From assembly GCA_903824675.1 (NCBI GenBank), contig CAIJXV010000006.1, positions 46,695 to 110,694 on the forward strand: a stretch of DNA of 64,000 bases, given 5' to 3'. This document shows, piece by piece, positions 51,826 through 61,807 of the stretch. The notes beneath the pieces were generated by a model. The model was not told where the DNA came from, made no database searches, and saw nothing but the letters and a program-made list of their open reading frames with translations. Source of the DNA: an uncultured bacterium. Its GTDB lineage: Bacteria > Verrucomicrobiota > Kiritimatiellia > CAIKKV01 > CAIJXV01. Each line of letters starts with the position of its first letter. Position 1 is the first letter of the stretch. The position numbers and the translations under genes are program-made.

Positions 51826-52785
51826 ATGGAAACGGTGCCCATCCAGGTGTTGGTCGGGCCGACCGCGGCTGGAAAAACAGACGTTATTCATCATTTGGCC
51901 CGCGAGCGGCAGGCCCTTATTCTCTCTGCTGATTCCATGCTGGTTTACCGGGGCATGGATATTGGGACGGCGAAACCCACTCCTGCGGAACGTGCCGGCC
52001 TGACCTATCGAGGGATTGATCTGGTGGAGCCCGGTGAACCCTTCAGTGTGGTTGATTTTTTAAAAGAGGCACGACGGGCCCTGGCGGATTGTATCCGGGA
52101 CAACCGACCCTTGTTGATCGCCGGGGGGACGGGGTTGTATGTGCGGTGCCTTCTGGAAGGCCTGCGAACTGAGCCTGGCGCCGATCGGGTGGGGCGGGCG
52201 GCGCGCGAAAAAATGGTCGATGCCGGTCGGATCGAAGATCTTCAGGAAGAGTTGCGACGACGCACTCCGGAGGTGTGGGCCACTCTCCCGGTGGCGGATC
52301 GCAGCAATCCCCGTCGGCTGATCCGCATTCTGGAGAAAGTGGATGCGGGCATGGGTCAAATTTGTCGATCCTGGGCGGTTGATCCCCATCTACAGCCTGA
52401 AGTGGCGGGGTTGAATATGCCACGTGCGGTCCTGCACGAAGCGATCCATGAACGCATTCGCCGGATGTATGAGGGCGGACTGTTGGAAGAGGTGCGTGCC
52501 CTGTTGGCGGCGGGTCTGGCGTCGGATTCCACGGCCTGGCAGGCCATTGGATATGCCGAGGCGGCCGCCTGTCTGCGCGGTGAACTGACTCGTGAATCGG
52601 CGATGGAGCGCACGCTCTTTCGTACCCGTCAACTGGCCAAGCGGCAGATGACGTGGTTTCGCGGGCAATTGCGGGTCCGATGGGTGGATCGGGAATCCGG
52701 CGAATCTCCTGCGGTGACGGCGGCACGGGTGGCGGCCGTCTGGGCTGAAATCGGTTCGGTGCGATTAAAAGGCTTGGACGCTTAA
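51826..52785 (+). CDS. miaA: tRNA dimethylallyltransferase
   Basis: VLVGPTAAGKT P-loop and the ILSADSMLVYRGMDIGTAKP motif. 319 aa. Confidence 0.9.
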   Translation: METVPIQVLVGPTAAGKTDVIHHLARERQALILSADSMLVYRGMDIGTAKPTPAERAGLTYRGIDLVEPGEPFSVVDFLKEARRALADCIRDNRPLLIAGGTGLYVRCLLEGLRTEPGADRVGRAAREKMVDAGRIEDLQEELRRRTPEVWATLPVADRSNPRRLIRILEKVDAGMGQICRSWAVDPHLQPEVAGLNMPRAVLHEAIHERIRRMYEGGLLEEVRALLAAGLASDSTAWQAIGYAEAAACLRGELTRESAMERTLFRTRQLAKRQMTWFRGQLRVRWVDRESGESPAVTAARVAAVWAEIGSVRLKGLDA

Positions 52786-52837
52786 ACCCATCGAGGGGTT
52801 GGGGGTGTTTGGAAATCCAGGGTGAAGGGGGGAGATC

Positions 52838-53590
52838 ATGGGGCGGGCAGATGCGGAGTATGTGATCGAATCGGCGGTGCAGCGGGTTTGCGATATGCCG
52901 GCACGGTACCGTCCGAGAGAAGAAGTGGATCGGGTGGGTTTCTCGAACGCTTCGGATGACCTGTTGCTGGCGCTCCTGCTCCGGCATGGGATACCGGGGC
53001 TGAACGTGGTGCAATTGGCGCGTCGCCTACTGCATGAGGACTATGGCTCGTTAAACGATCTGGCCGCGGAGCCCGTGGAAGAATTGGCTCGCCGGCGGGG
53101 AATGGGGCGGGTCAAGGCGCAGATTATAAAGGCGGCATTGGAATTGGGGCTTCGCCTGGCGCGCGAGATCAAACCGGCCGGAACCCGGGTCAGGGCTCCG
53201 CAGGATGCGGCGGACCTTTTACGGGACCGGGTCCGGGGGTTGGAGGAGGAGGTTTTCTGGGTGTTGTTATTGAATGCGCGTAATCGATTGAAAGTTGAAC
53301 CGCAAGAGATCACCCGCGGTATTTTGGATGCCAGCCTGATTCATCCGCGCGAGGTGTTTCGCCGGGCGATTCGCCATGCCTCGGCGGCGGTGATTGTGGC
53401 CCACAATCATCCCTCGGGCGATCCGACCCCGTCGGCCGAGGATTTGTCTGTCACCCGGCAGATGATCGAGGCGGGAAAGGTCGTGGGCATTCCCGTGCTG
53501 GATCATGTTATTTTGGGCGCGGCGCGGGCGGGTCAAGAAAACGACTTCCTGAGTTTGCGAGAAAGTGGTATGGTCATTTTTAATTCTTGA
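52838..53590 (+). CDS. radC: RadC-family JAB-domain protein
   Basis: C-terminal HNHPSGDPTPSAEDLSVTRQ (JAMM motif) and a helix-hairpin-helix N-terminal region. Confidence 0.85.
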   Translation: MGRADAEYVIESAVQRVCDMPARYRPREEVDRVGFSNASDDLLLALLLRHGIPGLNVVQLARRLLHEDYGSLNDLAAEPVEELARRRGMGRVKAQIIKAALELGLRLAREIKPAGTRVRAPQDAADLLRDRVRGLEEEVFWVLLLNARNRLKVEPQEITRGILDASLIHPREVFRRAIRHASAAVIVAHNHPSGDPTPSAEDLSVTRQMIEAGKVVGIPVLDHVILGAARAGQENDFLSLRESGMVIFNS

Positions 53591-53603
53591 ATGAGGGATA
53601 GAT

Positions 53604-54422
53604 ATGACGATTCATTCGACTGCCCAGATCGACCCTGCGGCCGAATTGGGTGCGGGCGTGACGGTAGGACCGTTTGCCGTGATTGAACGGGATGTGACGA
53701 TTGGGGAAGGGACCGTTATCGGTCCTCATGCCTGCATTTTACGATATACCACCTTGGGTAAAAAATGCCAGATCCATGCCGGAGCGGTTATCGGCGATCT
53801 GCCCCAGGACCTGGGATTCAAGGGCGGCGCGTCTTATGTGCGGATTGGCAATGGAACGATCATCCGCGAACATGTCACCATCCATCGCGGGACAGAGGCC
53901 GGAACCAGCACGGAAGTCGGTGATGAGTGTATGATCATGGCCACTGCGCATCTGGCCCATAATGTCCGGTTGGCCAACCGCGTGCTGGTGGTCAGCGGGG
54001 CCTTGCTGGCCGGCTATGTTCAGGTTGACGACCGGGCCTTCATCAGCGGCAATGTGGTTGTTCATCAGTTCACGCGGATCGGTCGACTGGCGATGCTTGG
54101 GGGGGCCTGCGGGGTGTCGCGCGATGTCCCGCCGTTTTGCACGGTAAGGCCTCAGGGAACAAATGAACTTTTGGGCCTCAACATCGTGGGTTTGCGACGG
54201 GGAGGGGTTATGCCGGAGGACCGGTTATCCCTGAAAAAGGCGTTTCATTTATGGTTTCGTTCGGGGCTGAGCATTCGCCAGGCCACCGCGGAAGTTCGGC
54301 GGCAACTGGGACATTGTTCGGCGGTGATGGAAATGGCCGAATTCATTGACGCGACCCGGCGGGGCATTTGTGTCTGCCGCGGGGAGGCGCCGGCGGAGTC
54401 GGCCGATGAGGCAACTGCATAA
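53604..54422 (+). CDS. lpxA: UDP-N-acetylglucosamine O-acyltransferase
   Basis: Hexapeptide-repeat left-handed beta-helix. Colinear matches to E. coli LpxA: IHPTA, EHVTIHRGT and VVHQF. 272 aa. Confidence 0.85.
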   Translation: MTIHSTAQIDPAAELGAGVTVGPFAVIERDVTIGEGTVIGPHACILRYTTLGKKCQIHAGAVIGDLPQDLGFKGGASYVRIGNGTIIREHVTIHRGTEAGTSTEVGDECMIMATAHLAHNVRLANRVLVVSGALLAGYVQVDDRAFISGNVVVHQFTRIGRLAMLGGACGVSRDVPPFCTVRPQGTNELLGLNIVGLRRGGVMPEDRLSLKKAFHLWFRSGLSIRQATAEVRRQLGHCSAVMEMAEFIDATRRGICVCRGEAPAESADEATA

Positions 54423-54444
54423 TTGACAAGGAGGACGGACGCAA

Positions 54445-54804
54445 ATGAACAATCAAAAGTTGGGTTACCGGTTTCATTGGCTGGGGGTCGCGGTTGTGGC
54501 TGTGATGCTGGTAGTGGGTTTGATGGCCTGCCGAACCGCGGATATCCGCAGCAAAACAATCAAGATTCCCGATGTGAAAAGCGAGGCCGCCCGGGTGGTG
54601 GTCAGCAATTCGCTGGCCCAACTCGAGGGTGTCATCGGTCCGTCAATCCATTTCGAAGCGGGCACGGTAACCGTGACCTATGACAGTATGAAGCTGGCGT
54701 TGAAAAACATGGAATTCGCCATCGCCGATGCCGGTTTCTCCGCTAACGATACCCCTGCGAATGCCGCCAAACGGGCCGCTTTGCCGGCCTCTCTTCGCGA
54801 TTAA
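54445..54804 (+). CDS. Small lipoprotein, hypothetical
   Basis: Signal peptide with lipobox LMAC; 119 aa. Confidence 0.4.
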   Translation: MNNQKLGYRFHWLGVAVVAVMLVVGLMACRTADIRSKTIKIPDVKSEAARVVVSNSLAQLEGVIGPSIHFEAGTVTVTYDSMKLALKNMEFAIADAGFSANDTPANAAKRAALPASLRD

Positions 54805-54837
54805 GCCGGTGGTCGCCTGTTTCGTTACGTATTTTTC

Positions 54838-55728
54838 ATGAACGCTCTGATCGATCAATTTCTGGATCATCTCATTCTGGAAGGGGGCTTAAGCCCCCGG
54901 ACCCGGTCAGCCTACGGGGCGGATTTGGTTTCTTTCTCCCGGTATTTGGCCAAAGCGGGGGTGACGTCGGTGAATGCGGTGACGCGCCATCGAATTCTGG
55001 AATATTTGGAATTTGAAAAAGATCGGGGGCTGAGCGGAAATTCACTGGCGCGACGGTTGGTGACGATCAAGGTTTGGTTTCGTTATCTGCATCAGGAAGG
55101 ACTATTGGCCCGGAATGAAACTGCGGTGATGGATTCGCCGCGGTTATGGAAAGTATTGCCCGGTTGCCTGTCTTTGAAAGAAGTGGATCGCCTTTTGGCC
55201 CAGACCCGGGGCGAGGATGCGCTGTCGGTGCGGGATCAGGCGATCCTTGAGATTTTTTACGCCTCGGGTTTACGGGTTTCGGAGGTGGCGGAGTTACGGC
55301 AGGAGGATCTGCATTTTGAAAGCGGTTATCTGAGATGCCGCGGCAAAGGCAACAAGGTACGGATTGTGCCGGTGGGCGCATCGGCGATCCGTGCCATCGG
55401 CCGATATTTAGGCGAAGTCCGGCCGAAGTTCGCGGCCCTGAGCGGGGAGCCCCGAGGAGTTTTTTTGAACCGACGCGGACGGCCCTTTACCCGGCAGGGG
55501 TTATGGAAGTTGATCCGGGGCTATGCGCGTAAGGCGGGGATCGTTCGGCGGGTTTCGCCGCACACCCTGCGCCACTCGTTTGCGACTCATTTGCTGGCCA
55601 ATGGGGCGCCGCTCCGGTTGATCCAGGAGATGCTGGGCCATGCGGATATTGCCACCACCCAGATTTACACGCACGTCGACCAGAACCGTCTGAAATCCAT
55701 CCACCATCAATACCATCCCCGCGCATGA
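54838..55728 (+). CDS. xerD: Tyrosine recombinase XerD
   Basis: The N-terminus (LDHLILEGGLSPRTRSAY) and C-terminal HTLRHSFATHLL...GHADIATTQIYTHV catalytic R-H-R-Y motifs are both present. 296 aa. Confidence 0.85.
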   Translation: MNALIDQFLDHLILEGGLSPRTRSAYGADLVSFSRYLAKAGVTSVNAVTRHRILEYLEFEKDRGLSGNSLARRLVTIKVWFRYLHQEGLLARNETAVMDSPRLWKVLPGCLSLKEVDRLLAQTRGEDALSVRDQAILEIFYASGLRVSEVAELRQEDLHFESGYLRCRGKGNKVRIVPVGASAIRAIGRYLGEVRPKFAALSGEPRGVFLNRRGRPFTRQGLWKLIRGYARKAGIVRRVSPHTLRHSFATHLLANGAPLRLIQEMLGHADIATTQIYTHVDQNRLKSIHHQYHPRA

Positions 55729-56474
55729 CCACCACTCCCTTCCAAAAAAAACTGAATGCCATTCTGGGTTTGGCGCCCGTTTCGCCCTATCGCGCTCTCG
55801 AAAAGAAAATCGGTTACCGGTTCAAGAATCCAGCCTTGCTGGAGCAGGCCATGACCCATCCATCACACCGGTTTGAAGCCCGGATCGGGCACGACAATCA
55901 GCGTCTCGAATTTTTGGGGGATGCGGTGTTGAGCCTGGTGACCGCCGCCCGGTTGTATCATTTGCCCGGCGAGCGGGATGAGGGGGATCTGACCGAATGG
56001 CGGAGTCGGCTCACGAGCGGCAAGGCGTTGACGCGGTTTGCCCGGCAATGCGAGTTGGGGACGTTTTTGAAGTTGGGCCGGGGGGAGGAGAAGACCGGGG
56101 GACGGCAGCGGGATACGGTTTTGGCGGATGCCTTGGAGGCGATTTTCGGCGCCGCGTATATCGATGGCGGCTTGAAGGCGGTTGAGAAAATCTTTGCGCG
56201 GATCATCCTGCCGGACCTGCCGGGCGCCCAGGAGTCGATCCCGACGAATCCCAAGGGCGCGTTGCAGGAGATTTTGCAGCGTCAGTTTGGACTCAATCCC
56301 CGGTACACGGTGATCGAGGAAACGGGACCCTTGCATGACCGGCATTTCACGGTGGAGGTATCGTGGGCCTCAGGGCCGACGGCTCGGGGCATGGCCTCCA
56401 GTAAACGCCAGGCCGAGGTCGAGGCCGCCGCCGAAGCCCTGCGGCAGATTTCGGGGGATTTCCCTTCCACATGA
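55725..56474 (+). CDS. rnc: Ribonuclease III
   Basis: RNase III signature ERLEFLGDAVL and a C-terminal dsRBD. ATGA overlaps on both sides. Confidence 0.9.
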   Translation: MTTTPFQKKLNAILGLAPVSPYRALEKKIGYRFKNPALLEQAMTHPSHRFEARIGHDNQRLEFLGDAVLSLVTAARLYHLPGERDEGDLTEWRSRLTSGKALTRFARQCELGTFLKLGRGEEKTGGRQRDTVLADALEAIFGAAYIDGGLKAVEKIFARIILPDLPGAQESIPTNPKGALQEILQRQFGLNPRYTVIEETGPLHDRHFTVEVSWASGPTARGMASSKRQAEVEAAAEALRQISGDFPST

Positions 56475-58018
56475 AAGCTGTTATCCCGAGACACCTGGTG
56501 CTGGCGACCATTGATGATGGGGTGCGAGCTGTTTCGATTCGCGCCTTGGGCGCCTATGCCGAATCGCGAGGGGTGCAAACGACGCTTCTGATGATCATTA
56601 AGTCGCTCGCGAGCTTTGATCATCCCATCCACTTCTCGTCCACGGAAATCGCGCAGGTGTGTGATTTTTTGCGCAGGGAGCAGGTGACCCATCTGGGGTT
56701 CTACCTCATGACGGCCAGTCTGAAACCCTATGTTCTGTTGGTCCGGGCGCTCCGCGAAAAAGGATTCAAGGGCATCATCATGGCGGGGGGCGTTCATGTG
56801 AGCCTCTGCACAGAAGAATCCCTTCCAGAGGGGGCTGATTTCGCGGTTCAAGGTCCGGGCGAGATTCCGCTGGGTCTGATTCTGGAGGGTGCGAACCCGG
56901 CCCATATTCCGGGTTTGGTTTGGCGCGACGGAGAGCGGATTGTGGTCAATGCGCAAAGTCCCATTCAAAAGACCGATTTGGATGCGTTGCCGTACCCGAT
57001 CCTCCGATTTAATCACGATTGGGTTCTTCTGAATGGCAAGCTGAGGAAGCATACTTGGGCGATTCACCGGCGTTATGCCGGATGGCATGGGCGCTACTAC
57101 GACCTGGTGACGTCGCGGGGCTGTGTCTACCGCTGTGCCTATTGCTGTAATGTGAATGGCGCTCCGGTAAGGCGGGCGAGCGTCGATCATGTGATCGGCG
57201 AACTGAAGCACCTGCGCCAATCGGTGCCGGACATCAGCGGCATCAATATTCAGGATGATAGTTTCTATGCCGGTTCTGAAGCCTGGGTGAAGGAATTTTG
57301 CGATCGCTTGCCCGTCGAAGTCGGGTTGCCGTTTATCATTCGGATAATCCCCAAGTATGTCACTCCGGCACGGTTGGAGATGTTCAAGGCGGCCGGTCTT
57401 GAATATGTGACGATGGGTCTGGAGTCCTCGAATCGGATCAATCGCCAGGTTTTCAATCGCCCGGAAACCACCACCTCTTTCATTCAGGCTGCCCGGACGA
57501 TTCTCGATGCCGGATTATTGTTGTCGATTGATTTGATCATCAATAATCCCTACGAAACCGAGAATGATCTGCGCGAAATTGCGGAGACACTCAACGCACT
57601 TCCCCGTCCGAATTGGTGGATGGTTTCCCTTTCCTTGACGCCTTTCCCCGGCACCCCGCTTTATGCGCGGTGTGTGAAGGATAAGATGTTGGATCGATTT
57701 GCCACCGATGCTTATGACGCCATGCTGGTGCCGTCGCGTCCCGGTGGCTACCAGACACCCCGATTCTGGCTCCTGCTCAACACCGTGGTTCTGCCGCGGG
57801 TCAATGCGGAAGTCGGCGCCCGCCTGATCGCCTTGGGGCCGGATAATGCGAGCGCGATGCGTTATGTCGAGACTCTCAGTACCACCATTCGACGGACCGC
57901 GCGGATGACGAGTTGGCTGCGGGACGAAACCCCTTTTTTGTATGGTCTGCTGTTTCGGGGACTTCGTTCCCTCATGAAACGCAAGCATCTCCCCAGCGGG
58001 GTCAAGGTGGTGCATTGA
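56471..58018 (+). CDS. Cobalamin-binding (class B) radical SAM protein
   Basis: N-terminal B12-binding-like region, then CxxxCxxC in SRGCVYRCAYCCN. 515 aa. Confidence 0.8.
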   Translation: MKAVIPRHLVLATIDDGVRAVSIRALGAYAESRGVQTTLLMIIKSLASFDHPIHFSSTEIAQVCDFLRREQVTHLGFYLMTASLKPYVLLVRALREKGFKGIIMAGGVHVSLCTEESLPEGADFAVQGPGEIPLGLILEGANPAHIPGLVWRDGERIVVNAQSPIQKTDLDALPYPILRFNHDWVLLNGKLRKHTWAIHRRYAGWHGRYYDLVTSRGCVYRCAYCCNVNGAPVRRASVDHVIGELKHLRQSVPDISGINIQDDSFYAGSEAWVKEFCDRLPVEVGLPFIIRIIPKYVTPARLEMFKAAGLEYVTMGLESSNRINRQVFNRPETTTSFIQAARTILDAGLLLSIDLIINNPYETENDLREIAETLNALPRPNWWMVSLSLTPFPGTPLYARCVKDKMLDRFATDAYDAMLVPSRPGGYQTPRFWLLLNTVVLPRVNAEVGARLIALGPDNASAMRYVETLSTTIRRTARMTSWLRDETPFLYGLLFRGLRSLMKRKHLPSGVKVVH

Positions 58019-58048
58019 GATTCCATCCCCGATGACAGGATAAATCGC

Positions 58049-60709
58049 ATGTCTTACCCAGCTTCTTTGCAACGGTTCAATCGTGAGGGTCTCCCCTTAT
58101 TGCATGCCCGGATGAAGGGGGAAACCCTGCTGACGGATGTGGAACAGATCCTTTCAACGGATCGGTGGAATTCATTCGACCAGTTCCACCGGACTTCGCG
58201 GTATGTTCGGGACCGCTTCGCTGAAGCCGGGGCTCGTACAGAGGTTTATCCCGTTCCAACTCGCGGACCGGATGGGTCCGGTCGCTGGCGCATCCAACAG
58301 GCTTCGGATGTCAAAGGCGCTACGCTGGACATCATTCATCCCATCCGACGGCGGGTGTTGGATTTTCAGAAAAACCCCTGGCATGTGGTGCAATGGTCGG
58401 CGGCGACTCCGCGCGAGGGCGTGGAGAGCGAATTGGTCGTCATCGACGACTGGGAAACTTTACGCCGGGTGCCGGCGGAGTCGCTACAGGGCCGCTGGAT
58501 CCTGACGCGCTTGAGTCCCTGGCATGCAACGCACGAATTTGTTCGTACCGGTGCGGATGGCCTCCTGACCGGTAATCCTATGGGGCCCGGATGCGGTCGA
58601 ACGCCCTTGGAACGCCAACTGGAGACGGCGACGGAGTGGACGAAACTGGGTTGGAGCGGGTTGCCCATGGAACAGGCCGGGTTATCGTTGGTGGCACTGG
58701 CGATTCCGGGTGATGAAAATGTTCGGCTGCGCGCGCTGATTCGTCGGCATGGCCGCGTTCGCATTCGGGCGCGGGTGGATGTGCGCCGGTATGTGGGAAC
58801 TCATGATTTGACGATGGGGGTGGTGCCGGGGTGGGGGGACCCACAGGAAGAAGTGTGGGTGTTGTCCCACAGTGCGGAACCCGGCGCTTCTGATAATGCC
58901 TCAGGAATGGCCATATGCCTTTCAGCCGCCACCGCGCTTGAGCGGGCCATTCGGGACGGCGTCCTACCCCGTCCGCGGCGCTCGATCCGCTTCCTCATCG
59001 GGTATGAGTGCTATAGTTTCTTTCACTATCTTGAGCATGGGCAACGGTTGCAACCGGCATTGGCGGGGATGGTGGCCGATAGCCTCGGATATCACCCGCG
59101 TTACTGCAAGGGCCGCTTGAACTGGCATGCGTCGATGCCGGCTTCGGCCGGGTTTATCGACGCCATCGGCGAGTCGATCCTGCGTGCGACCCTGCGGGTT
59201 GACAATCCGGGGTATCATGTGGTTCCCCAGCCGTTTGTGTCCACGGATGATACCCTGGTAGGCGATCCGAAATACGGTTTTCCCTGTCCCTGGATGAACA
59301 TGCACTACAAGGCGGATGGGGTGGCCTATGAAGTGTACCACACCTCGGCGGATGTCCCGGCCTTGATGAGTCCACGGGGATTGCGAGTTGCGGCTGCGGC
59401 TACGGCGGGCTATGTTCATTATCTTGCGGATGCGGATAGCGTTGCCATGTTGGAGATGGCACGAACCCATACGGATGAGGTGCTTGCCGATCTGGCGCTC
59501 CAGCCCCGACGGACTCGGTCCTGGGCGCAATTGCGCCGGACCCAGCATGCCGTTTCCCTGAAACGATTGCAGCGTTGGATGTGGGGCGGCGACCGGCAGA
59601 CTTACCTGCGGCAGTTGTCCGCAATGGAGGCGGAAGTCCGGCATGCGTCGAACAGCGGACGGTGTGCGTCGCATCCGATTCGTGCCTTGAAAGGTTCGAA
59701 TCGGGTGGTCTATCGCGCCCGACTGCTGGCTCCGGACCTGGAGAACATTGCGCCCGATATTCGCCAACGCCTCCGGGATTCCGGTCTGGACCGACGGCCC
59801 CTGTTTTGGGCTGACGGTGAACGCACGATCCGGCAGATTACCGAGTTACACGCGGCGCAGAGCGGTGCAGAACCGGATGTGGCACGAATGCAGGAGTATT
59901 TCGAGGCCATGGGTGCAGTGGGGTTCGTCAAGCTGGTTCCGTCGTCGATTTTATTGACCCGGAAAACGCTGACCCGGGATCTCCAGGCACTGGGACTGAG
60001 GCCCGGGATGGATGTGATAGTCCATAGCTCGTTGTCGCGAATCGGGTTTGTACGCGGCGGAGCGAACACCGTCATCAATGCCGTGCTTGAAGCGATCGGG
60101 CGGGAAGGGACTTTGTTGGCACCCTCCTTTAACCACGGAGGCGCGGCCGTCTACAACCCTCGAACCACTCCGACGACGAATGGGGTCATCGCCGATACCT
60201 TGTGGCGGCGACCGGATGCCGGGCGCAGTCTTCAGGGGACCCATGCCGTGGCCGCCATCGGGCCGCGCGCCCAGTTTTATCTGGAAGGCCATTTGGAGGC
60301 GGGTATTTGGGGAATGGATAGTCCGATTGGCCGCCTTGTCCAGCGCGGTGGCTATGTGCTTTGCCTGGGCGTGTCGCCAGAGGTGGCCACGGTTTACCAC
60401 ATCGCTGAAATGGCCTCTCCGGGCCGTTGTTTGGAGATGTTCAAAGGCCTGGATCGGCTGGTCCAAGCGGATGGCGTGGTGGTCCCGGTGCCCGGCTTGC
60501 TTTGGCGGAAGGAGAACTGCCCGGTATCGGTTTCCCGGCTGGAAGCGGGTCTGGACCGGCGCGGCCAACTGAAACGCGGGACCGTGGGCGCCGCCGCGTC
60601 CCTGCTTTTCAATGCCAAGGATTTATTTATTCAACACCGCCGCAATCTGGCAAAAGTCTGCCCGACCTGCAAAGTGCGGCCGGATCCGAGTTGGAAACCG
60701 AAGGCATAG
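58049..60709 (+). CDS. Fusion protein: DUF4910 / M28-aminopeptidase-like domain + C-terminal AAC(3)-family (Antibiotic_NAT fold) acetyltransferase-like domain
   Basis: The mid-region HSAEPGASDNASGMAICLSAATAL matches the DUF4910/M28-like metal site. The C-terminal ~270 aa align colinearly with AAC(3): GMDVIVHSSLSRIGFVRGGANTVINAVLEAIGREGTLL, THAVAAIGP, and SPIGRLVQRGGYVLCLGVSPEVATVYHIAEMASP. Confidence 0.6.
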   Translation: MSYPASLQRFNREGLPLLHARMKGETLLTDVEQILSTDRWNSFDQFHRTSRYVRDRFAEAGARTEVYPVPTRGPDGSGRWRIQQASDVKGATLDIIHPIRRRVLDFQKNPWHVVQWSAATPREGVESELVVIDDWETLRRVPAESLQGRWILTRLSPWHATHEFVRTGADGLLTGNPMGPGCGRTPLERQLETATEWTKLGWSGLPMEQAGLSLVALAIPGDENVRLRALIRRHGRVRIRARVDVRRYVGTHDLTMGVVPGWGDPQEEVWVLSHSAEPGASDNASGMAICLSAATALERAIRDGVLPRPRRSIRFLIGYECYSFFHYLEHGQRLQPALAGMVADSLGYHPRYCKGRLNWHASMPASAGFIDAIGESILRATLRVDNPGYHVVPQPFVSTDDTLVGDPKYGFPCPWMNMHYKADGVAYEVYHTSADVPALMSPRGLRVAAAATAGYVHYLADADSVAMLEMARTHTDEVLADLALQPRRTRSWAQLRRTQHAVSLKRLQRWMWGGDRQTYLRQLSAMEAEVRHASNSGRCASHPIRALKGSNRVVYRARLLAPDLENIAPDIRQRLRDSGLDRRPLFWADGERTIRQITELHAAQSGAEPDVARMQEYFEAMGAVGFVKLVPSSILLTRKTLTRDLQALGLRPGMDVIVHSSLSRIGFVRGGANTVINAVLEAIGREGTLLAPSFNHGGAAVYNPRTTPTTNGVIADTLWRRPDAGRSLQGTHAVAAIGPRAQFYLEGHLEAGIWGMDSPIGRLVQRGGYVLCLGVSPEVATVYHIAEMASPGRCLEMFKGLDRLVQADGVVVPVPGLLWRKENCPVSVSRLEAGLDRRGQLKRGTVGAAASLLFNAKDLFIQHRRNLAKVCPTCKVRPDPSWKPKA

Positions 60710-60721
60710 GAACCCGTTGCG

Positions 60722-61807
60722 ATGCAAAACAGGGAAGACCTGCTCCATCGAACTGATGGCATTTTTTACAGCGCTCCGCCCACGGTCTTTGATCCGGTGA
60801 TCGGCTACCGATGGCGGCCTCGATCGCGTATTCTTTCGCTGGCAAAAGGAGAATTGATTTATGAGAACCAACTCTTCTTCAATAATTATGGATATCACTG
60901 CGCGACCGATTACCAGCCTGAAAAGAAATCGGCCCGTACCTTTCGGATCGTGATCCTGGGTGACTCGTTCACGAACGGTGTCTGCATGCCCCAAACCTGG
61001 GCGGAATCGTTGCAGGAAGTGCTTCGAGCCCGGCCGGATCATGGGCGGGATGTCGAGGTCTATGCCTTTCCGACGGATGGGGGTGGCCTGTTGAATTGGT
61101 ACCACGTATTCATGCATCAGATCCTGCCGGTGTTTGAGTTCGATGCCTTGATCCTGGGAGACACGGTCAACGATTGCGGGAATAAGTTTATCGTGACGCA
61201 TAGTACGGACGAAGGGGCTTACATCGGATTCTTTGATTATGAACAGCGTCCGGTTTCGCAGGCCGATTTTCAACGGGTCTTCCCGAAAATGACCCGTTAT
61301 TACGATGTCATTTCTGAATCGTCCCTGAATGAGCTTTCAAAACGGGCAAAGGCCCGGCCCCCGGCGAAGATAACGGAGGCGGATTACCTTCCGAAGGATG
61401 ACGATGCCGCGGGCCTGATGCTGCCTGCCGGTGCGAACTCCGATCCTGAATCCCTGACCGAGTGGTATGGCGAACGGCGGTTGGACATGCTTCGCGAAAT
61501 GGTGGAGGCGTGTCGTCAACGCGGGGTGCCGGTCATCTATTACTCCATGCCGAATCGGAGAGCCTTGCTCCTGTCCAAACACCGCCCGGGTATCCTGCGA
61601 CAGGAGGCGGGAGCTGCGGCGATGGCGAAGCGGTTCCGACTGGAATATTTCAATGGCTACCGGGTATTCAAGGATGTGTCGACGCGCGACATCGTCGATC
61701 TCCACTGGCTTAAATATGATGGGCATTGGGCTTTGCCGGCCGCCCATTTGTTTGCGCTGAAAATGGCGGGGTGGTTGCTGCGAAAAGGTCTGATCAAGTC
61801 TCTGTAA
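60722..61807 (+). CDS. SGNH/GDSL-like hydrolase, hypothetical
   Basis: FRIVILGDSFTNG resembles SGNH block I (GDSxx). 361 aa. Confidence 0.4.
   Translation: MQNREDLLHRTDGIFYSAPPTVFDPVIGYRWRPRSRILSLAKGELIYENQLFFNNYGYHCATDYQPEKKSARTFRIVILGDSFTNGVCMPQTWAESLQEVLRARPDHGRDVEVYAFPTDGGGLLNWYHVFMHQILPVFEFDALILGDTVNDCGNKFIVTHSTDEGAYIGFFDYEQRPVSQADFQRVFPKMTRYYDVISESSLNELSKRAKARPPAKITEADYLPKDDDAAGLMLPAGANSDPESLTEWYGERRLDMLREMVEACRQRGVPVIYYSMPNRRALLLSKHRPGILRQEAGAAAMAKRFRLEYFNGYRVFKDVSTRDIVDLHWLKYDGHWALPAAHLFALKMAGWLLRKGLIKSL

Noticed and set aside
54838-55728. XerD-like tyrosine recombinase as mobile-element integrase
   Set aside because: Full-length XerD with the canonical motifs, embedded in a housekeeping run (lspA-miaA-radC-lpxA-xerD-rnc) of core GC composition. 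This is most likely the chromosomal dimer-resolution recombinase.
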